This document shows positions 59,103-64,000 of a stretch of 64,000 bases of DNA, piece by piece; positions within the stretch are counted from its first letter, which is position 1, and each line of letters begins with the position of its first letter. The DNA comes from Candidatus Latescibacterota bacterium (GTDB lineage: Bacteria > Latescibacterota > UBA2968 > UBA8231). Location: the NCBI GenBank assembly GCA_965206595.1, contig OZ242214.1:672001-736000 (forward strand), read 5' to 3'. A program made the position numbers and the translations under genes. The notes beneath the pieces were generated by a model. It searched no databases. It was not told the origin of the DNA and worked only from the letters and a program-made list of their open reading frames with translations.

Positions 59103-60149
59103 TCAGACCGCCGGCACCTCGACCCCGAGCTCGGCCGCGGTGGCGACAATCTGCTTCCAGGTCGGCTGCGGGACCTCGATGCCGTCCCGCAGGCGCTTCT
59201 GCCTGACCTCCTCCTCGATCTCCCCGGGGGCGTAGATCCGTTCGATGCCGGGAAGGGGCCGCGCCGAGCAGACCCAGTCCCGCAGCCCTTCCACCTCCTC
59301 CTTGTAGGTGTCGAGGTCGGTGAAGGCCTCGATGTCGATCGCCAGCACCATCACCCCCTGGCCCCCCTTGCCCGGCCCCTTGGTGCAGCCGGCATGGGAG
59401 AGCGGGCCGACCATCATCTCGATCATCATCGCCAGGCCGGCCCCCTTGTGGCCGAACTGCGGCCATCCCAGGGGAGGCACCCCGGTTTCCTCGGGGTGGT
59501 TGTGGTATTGCCGGGGGTCGCTGACGGAGCTGCCGGTCCGGTCGATCACCCAGTTGTCGGGGAGCGGGTCTCCGCGCACGGCCTTCTGCTCGATCTTGCC
59601 GCCGGCCACCGTCGTCATCGTCATGTCGAGCATGAACGGGGCCCCGTTCCGGCGCGGGGCCGCAAACGAGATCGGCTCGGGGCAAAGGCGCCTGTCCGAG
59701 CTGCCGTTGGGAGTCATGAACAGCCCGCCGCCGTTGAGCCAGACCAGCCCGATCATACCCTGCGCGGCGATCCGGGGCGTGTAGTCGCCGAGGCGGCAGA
59801 TGTGCGTGGTTTTGCGCAGGCCGACGAAACCGAAGGTGGTCAGCCGCGCTTTTTCCACGGCGATGTCGAGGGCCCGCGTCGTCGCCACGATGCCGTTGCC
59901 CCCCTTGCAGTCGATGACCGCCAGGCACGGGTTCTCGCGCAGGACCTCGCGCTCCTCCCAGGTCACGTACTTCTCCCGCATCCCCGGGACGTAGCGGGGC
60001 AGGCACCAGACCCCGTGCGAGTCGTGGCCGGCGAGGTTGCTGTCGACGAGGTGCTCGCTGACGATGCCGGCGTCCTCTGCGGGGAGACCGGCGGCGCGGA
60101 AGATCTCGAAGGCGAGCTTGCGGAGGGGCTGGTGCTGGATTACGGGCAT
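59103..60149 (-). CDS. Ldh2 family (malate/L-lactate dehydrogenase-like) oxidoreductase
   Basis: GHDSHG, HICRLG, LDM, HKGAGL, PGEIE. Confidence 0.9.
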   Translation of the reverse strand: MPVIQHQPLRKLAFEIFRAAGLPAEDAGIVSEHLVDSNLAGHDSHGVWCLPRYVPGMREKYVTWEEREVLRENPCLAVIDCKGGNGIVATTRALDIAVEKARLTTFGFVGLRKTTHICRLGDYTPRIAAQGMIGLVWLNGGGLFMTPNGSSDRRLCPEPISFAAPRRNGAPFMLDMTMTTVAGGKIEQKAVRGDPLPDNWVIDRTGSSVSDPRQYHNHPEETGVPPLGWPQFGHKGAGLAMMIEMMVGPLSHAGCTKGPGKGGQGVMVLAIDIEAFTDLDTYKEEVEGLRDWVCSARPLPGIERIYAPGEIEEEVRQKRLRDGIEVPQPTWKQIVATAAELGVEVPAV

Positions 60150-60153
60150 GAGT

Positions 60154-60340
60154 CTACCATTTCATGTTGAGCGCGAAGCGCGGGCGATCGCCGGCGTTGC
60201 AGCTGCCGGCGTGGGCAAGGAGATGATGCAGGAAGAGGGCGTCTCCCCGCGAGATCGTCGGGCTCAGGGGGCTCAGCCCGTGGGTCAGCTCCTCTTTCTC
60301 CTGCTGTCCGTGCCGCGGCGGCATGGGTGCCGGCCGGCAC
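60154..60340 (-). pseudogene. C-terminal fragment of a PhyH-family gene
   Basis: GDALFLHHLLAHAGSCNAGDRPRFALN with no N-terminal part. Confidence 0.55.
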
Positions 60341-60376
60341 AAATCTGGGCACAGCACGCGGGGCATCGTCAGGAAC

Positions 60377-61417
60377 TCATCCTTCCGGGTAGCGGACTTC
60401 CCTGCCGGTCCGGGCGCTGCGGTAGATTCCCTCGATGATCTTCATCGCCTTGAGCCCGTGGTCCCCGGTGGCCAGCGGCGGGCGGTTTTCGAGGATGCTG
60501 TCGACGAAATCGCTGTAGGCGGACGGGGTCGGCCCCGTTCTGCGGTCGAGCTTTCGGGTGTAGAGGTCTCCCTCCTCGTCGCTGTAGATCTCGGCCACCC
60601 AGCCTCCGGGGGCGTGGCGGTAGGACAGGCCGCCCTTGTCGCCGCACAGGTTGACGGCAATCGTCTCGGGCGGCTCCAGGTTGACGGCCCAGCTCGACTC
60701 GACGATCAGGGTGGCCCCGCCGGCGAACTTCACCAGACCGCAGGCGAGGTCCTCGACGTCGAACTGCTTCCCCTCCCGGCGCGCCAGGGCAGGGGCGATC
60801 TCGCTGTAGATCGAACCGGAGACCGCCACCGGCTCGGGGTAGTCCAGGAACCACATGGCGAGATCGAGCATGTGGACGCCGAGGTCGACCAGGGGCCCGC
60901 CGCCGGACAGCTCTTCGATACCGAACCAGCCGCCGAAACCGGGAACCCCGCGGCGCCGGTGCCAGGTAGTGCGCCCGAAATAGATGCCGCCGACCGCGCC
61001 GGCTTCCACCTGCCGCTTGAGGGCCATCGCCGACTCGGTGAAGCGGTGGGAGTAATCGATCATCAGGTTGCGCCCCGCCCGGGCGGCGGCGGCGTTCATG
61101 CTTTCCGCCTCGGCCACCGACATCGCCATCGGCTTCTCGCACAGGACGTGCAGCCCCTGCTCGAGGGCGGCTATCGTCAGGGGGGCGTGAAACTTGTTCG
61201 GCACGGCGATACCGACCGCATCGAGCCCGGCATGGCGGAACATCTCGCCGGCGTCGGTGTAGCGCTCGTGCACCCCCAACTCGTCGGCCGCGAGGCGCAG
61301 CCGGTCTTCGTCGAGGTCGCACAGCGCCGCGAGCTCGGCCCCGGGATGAGCCTGGAAGCCGAGGGCGTGGCCCTTGCCCATGCCCATGCCGACGACCCCC
61401 ATTCGCAGCTTCGTCAT
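60377..61417 (-). CDS. Gfo/Idh/MocA oxidoreductase
   Basis: GVVGMGMG, HVLCEKPM, GGGPLVDLGVH. Confidence 0.92.
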   Translation of the reverse strand: MTKLRMGVVGMGMGKGHALGFQAHPGAELAALCDLDEDRLRLAADELGVHERYTDAGEMFRHAGLDAVGIAVPNKFHAPLTIAALEQGLHVLCEKPMAMSVAEAESMNAAAARAGRNLMIDYSHRFTESAMALKRQVEAGAVGGIYFGRTTWHRRRGVPGFGGWFGIEELSGGGPLVDLGVHMLDLAMWFLDYPEPVAVSGSIYSEIAPALARREGKQFDVEDLACGLVKFAGGATLIVESSWAVNLEPPETIAVNLCGDKGGLSYRHAPGGWVAEIYSDEEGDLYTRKLDRRTGPTPSAYSDFVDSILENRPPLATGDHGLKAMKIIEGIYRSARTGREVRYPEG

Positions 61418-61429
61418 ATGCAGTTTCTT

Positions 61430-62263
61430 CTATCCGTAGGCGCCGTGCGGCAGGAAGCCGAGCAGTCGACTGAGGCGCTCCCCGGCGCCGGCGTACACGT
61501 GCTCCGGCATCTGGTAGTTCATGAAAGGGAAATACTTGTGGCCGATCACCCGGCGCGCGTAGCTGATCTGGGTGATGTAGCGGGTGCGGCTGCTGGCGTT
61601 CGGCGCGCCCCGGTGCCAGACCTGGTTGTTGAACATGATGACGCTGCCGGCGGGACCGAGATTGGAGACCACCCGCTCTTCGTAGCCGCTGCCCTCGAAC
61701 GGGTTCGGCGGAGCGGCGCCCAACAGGTGCGAGCGCGGCACGGCCTGGGTCGGGCCGTGCTCGACGGTGTCGACGTCGGTGAGGTAGTAGTTGCAGGTGA
61801 ACAGCAGCACCGGCAGCCGCACGTTGGCCGGCGGCTCCCCGTGGGTCACCTCGAAGTGGGGAGGGTCGTCCTGGTGCCAGCCGCTGATGCCGCCCCCGGG
61901 AGGGGTGCGAAAGCCGTTGTTGTGGATGACGTGGCAGTTGGCGGCCACCAGGCGCTCGGCGAAAGAGACGATCGGCTCGAGGTCGAACAGCCGCAGGTTG
62001 GCGGCGCTGGTCTCGAACATGCGGTGATGGAGCTCGATTCTGGATCCGGACTTCTTCTTCCCCTTGCCAGGTGTATCCCGCCCGTCGAGGGCGCGGTCGA
62101 GGTCGCGGCGCAGCTCGGCGCACCAGTCCGGCGGCAGCACGTTGCGCAGGAAGAGGCAGCCGTCGCGGTCGAACTGCTCGACCCAGCCGTCGATCAGCCC
62201 GTCGTCGGGGGCCTGTTCTGCGAGAAAGACAGGCGAATTCTCGATTGCTGCGGTCGGGGTCAT
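61430..62263 (-). CDS. Phytanoyl-CoA dioxygenase family
   Basis: FDRDG, WHQD, GPTQAVPRSH, VWHRG..N..R. Confidence 0.88.
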   Translation of the reverse strand: MTPTAAIENSPVFLAEQAPDDGLIDGWVEQFDRDGCLFLRNVLPPDWCAELRRDLDRALDGRDTPGKGKKKSGSRIELHHRMFETSAANLRLFDLEPIVSFAERLVAANCHVIHNNGFRTPPGGGISGWHQDDPPHFEVTHGEPPANVRLPVLLFTCNYYLTDVDTVEHGPTQAVPRSHLLGAAPPNPFEGSGYEERVVSNLGPAGSVIMFNNQVWHRGAPNASSRTRYITQISYARRVIGHKYFPFMNYQMPEHVYAGAGERLSRLLGFLPHGAYG

Positions 62264-62633
62264 GGTCTTGGCGTGCGGTTGCGGTGGGCTTCTAAGGAAC
62301 GGGAGGCGCCGGCCGGACGCCAGCCCGGATATGCAGGCGGCGCGCCGGAGTTTCTCATGCTCCGCAAGCAGGGCCGCGGCAGATCCCGCCCTCGCCGTTC
62401 GGCGGCATGGAAACGGAAAGCCCCGAAGAGGGAGAAGGGGATATTGCCTTGCCGGAGTCCGTTCCTTACCCTGCCTGAAACCTGCAGGGTATGCCGGGCC
62501 CGCCATTCTGACAGGCGCACGGCCGACCCGGATTCGCCTCCGGGGAGACCTGCCGGTGGACCCCGGATTGTCACCACATGATATCCATTCGACAGGCTGC
62601 TGCCGGCGAGGCATCAAAGAAGGTGAACTGACC

Positions 62634-63491
62634 ATGTCACGCGATTGGGTCGACGCCGGCGAGCAGGACGAGTACCTGATCGACTACCTGTTCGATCTCC
62701 ACGGCTACATCGTCCTCAAGGGGGGGATCGCCAGGCGGGACCTCGACGAAATGAACCAGTGGGTCGACGACCACTGGAGCTACGTCGAGGGCAGGCGCCG
62801 CCAGGGGAACGCGCAGGGGGAATGGATCGGCCACGTCGAGACCCACACCTACAGCGACGCCGACGGCTGCAATTTCCAGAACATCGTCGAGGGCGCGCCG
62901 GTGTTCCGGCGCCTCATCGACTATTCGGCCTGGGTCGGCCACTGCCGCCGCTGGATCAACCCCGTCAACGGCATCTCCATCCACGAGAACCTGCTCAACG
63001 TGCGCGGCCGCGGCGGCTACATCGGCATCCACTGCGGCGGCGCCCTGCCGATCTGCTACCTGACCTTCCGCCAGGAGAACACCGGCGAGTGGATGGTCGG
63101 GCAGATCAACGTCATCGGCGCCCTGCAGGACATCGGGCCGGGGGACGGGGCCACCACCCTGATTCCCGGCAGCCACAAGTCGGCGATGCGCCACCCCAAG
63201 CTCCTCGAACAGACCTACCGCAGCGACGATGCCGCCGGCAACCAGTTCGGCATGAAGGAGCTATACCTCGAGGCCGGGGACGTGCTGATGCTGACCGACG
63301 CCATCACCCACGGCTCGGCGGCGCGCACCAACGACGGCTACCGGCGCATCACCTTGTACCGCTACTCGCCGCGATACCTGCGCAGCCGCTTCCACTACGT
63401 GCCGAGCGTGGAGCTGCTGGAAAGCCTGAGCGAAGAGCAGGGCGCCATCATCCAGCCGATCCCCCCGCGCTTCGCCCCGGGCAAACCGTAG
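62634..63491 (+). CDS. PhyH-family Fe/2OG enzyme with HxG motif
   Basis: YLFDLHGY, IHCGG, DGATTLIPGSHK, AGDVL..ITHGS..RR. Confidence 0.85.
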   Translation: MSRDWVDAGEQDEYLIDYLFDLHGYIVLKGGIARRDLDEMNQWVDDHWSYVEGRRRQGNAQGEWIGHVETHTYSDADGCNFQNIVEGAPVFRRLIDYSAWVGHCRRWINPVNGISIHENLLNVRGRGGYIGIHCGGALPICYLTFRQENTGEWMVGQINVIGALQDIGPGDGATTLIPGSHKSAMRHPKLLEQTYRSDDAAGNQFGMKELYLEAGDVLMLTDAITHGSAARTNDGYRRITLYRYSPRYLRSRFHYVPSVELLESLSEEQGAIIQPIPPRFAPGKP

Positions 63492-63849
63492 CGGCACCGG
63501 CACCCGCTGCAGCCGTTCCCTGCAGAGGTGCCGGGCTTTTACATGCAGCGTCACCGGCAATCTCGCCGCAGGCGTCCGGCTTCTACACAACCAGCGGGCT
63601 CATCCATCCTGCGCGGTACCCGCGCAGCCCCCGGTCCCCCGAGTAAATCCGCAAACTTCTCCTGTCGTTTTTTCCGATTGTCCGTCGCCCCGGGCAGGTT
63701 CCCACTCCCTGGCGGGGCCGGCAGCTCCGGGTTTCCCGCCTCATCCTGAAAGCGGCGGGCCAGGCGACAGGCGCGACGCCGGCGTCATTCCGTCGCCGCT
63801 TCCTGTCTGAAGGCCACACCAGTCCCCCCATCGCCTTCGGGGAGCAGCG

Positions 63850-64000
63850 TCACCGGCGCCACGGCCACCGGAATCCCGGCGCCGAGATCCTCCGTTCGAG
63901 GAACTCCTCGGTCTGCCTGTGCCAGAGGACGAAGGTGTCCCCCACGCTCGAGGTGTCGTCGTACAGGAAGTCGGGAATCTCGTTCCTGATCGAGGTGCGG
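63850..64000 (-). CDS. 3' end of an unidentified gene entering from the right edge
   Basis: Open frame RTSIRNEIPDFLYDDTSSVGDTFVLWHRQ...WRR* with host-like codon use. Confidence 0.45.
   Translation of the reverse strand, partial: RTSIRNEIPDFLYDDTSSVGDTFVLWHRQTEEFLERRISAPGFRWPWRR

Noticed and set aside
1-64000. tRNA, rRNA, integrase or transposase at island edges
   Set aside because: None recognised by eye; a covariance-model and HMM scan would be needed to exclude them fully

Overview
GC-rich bacterial chromosome segment. Many phytanoyl-CoA dioxygenase (PhyH), Gfo/Idh/MocA, TIM-barrel and beta-propeller paralogues, a YWTD/dockerin surface protein and C-terminal 'WGxIK' tails suggest a Latescibacterota/Poribacteria-like, possibly sponge-associated organism (inference). 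Several lower-GC accessory blocks interrupt this backbone. (1) At 1-9 kb, the 5' half of a BREX type 1-like operon (brxA-brxB-brxC) runs into an ADP-ribosylglycohydrolase and an ABC-type ATPase with a Walker B E-to-Q change; a split pentapeptide/FRG gene lies divergently. (2) At 24.7-27.6 kb is a STAS-HATPase + DUF4325 + membrane-protein operon and a frameshifted AbiTii gene. (3) At 31.8-40.1 kb is a candidate new peptide/bacteriocin-like export cluster: TPR protein, 74-aa two-Cys helical-hairpin precursor, ABC permease/ATPase, C39-less exporter, hairpin-less HlyD-like adaptor, CxxC thioredoxin and Yip1. (4) An EVE-like/HNH nuclease is inserted between coxS and coxL of a form II cox-like operon. 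Also seen: a 63-bp in-frame triple-hairpin insert in a beta-propeller gene, a PhyH with a halogenase-like HxG motif, and many pseudogenised accessory genes. No rRNA, tRNA, CRISPR array, transposase or integrase was recognised. All family calls come from motif recognition by eye, not from database searches.
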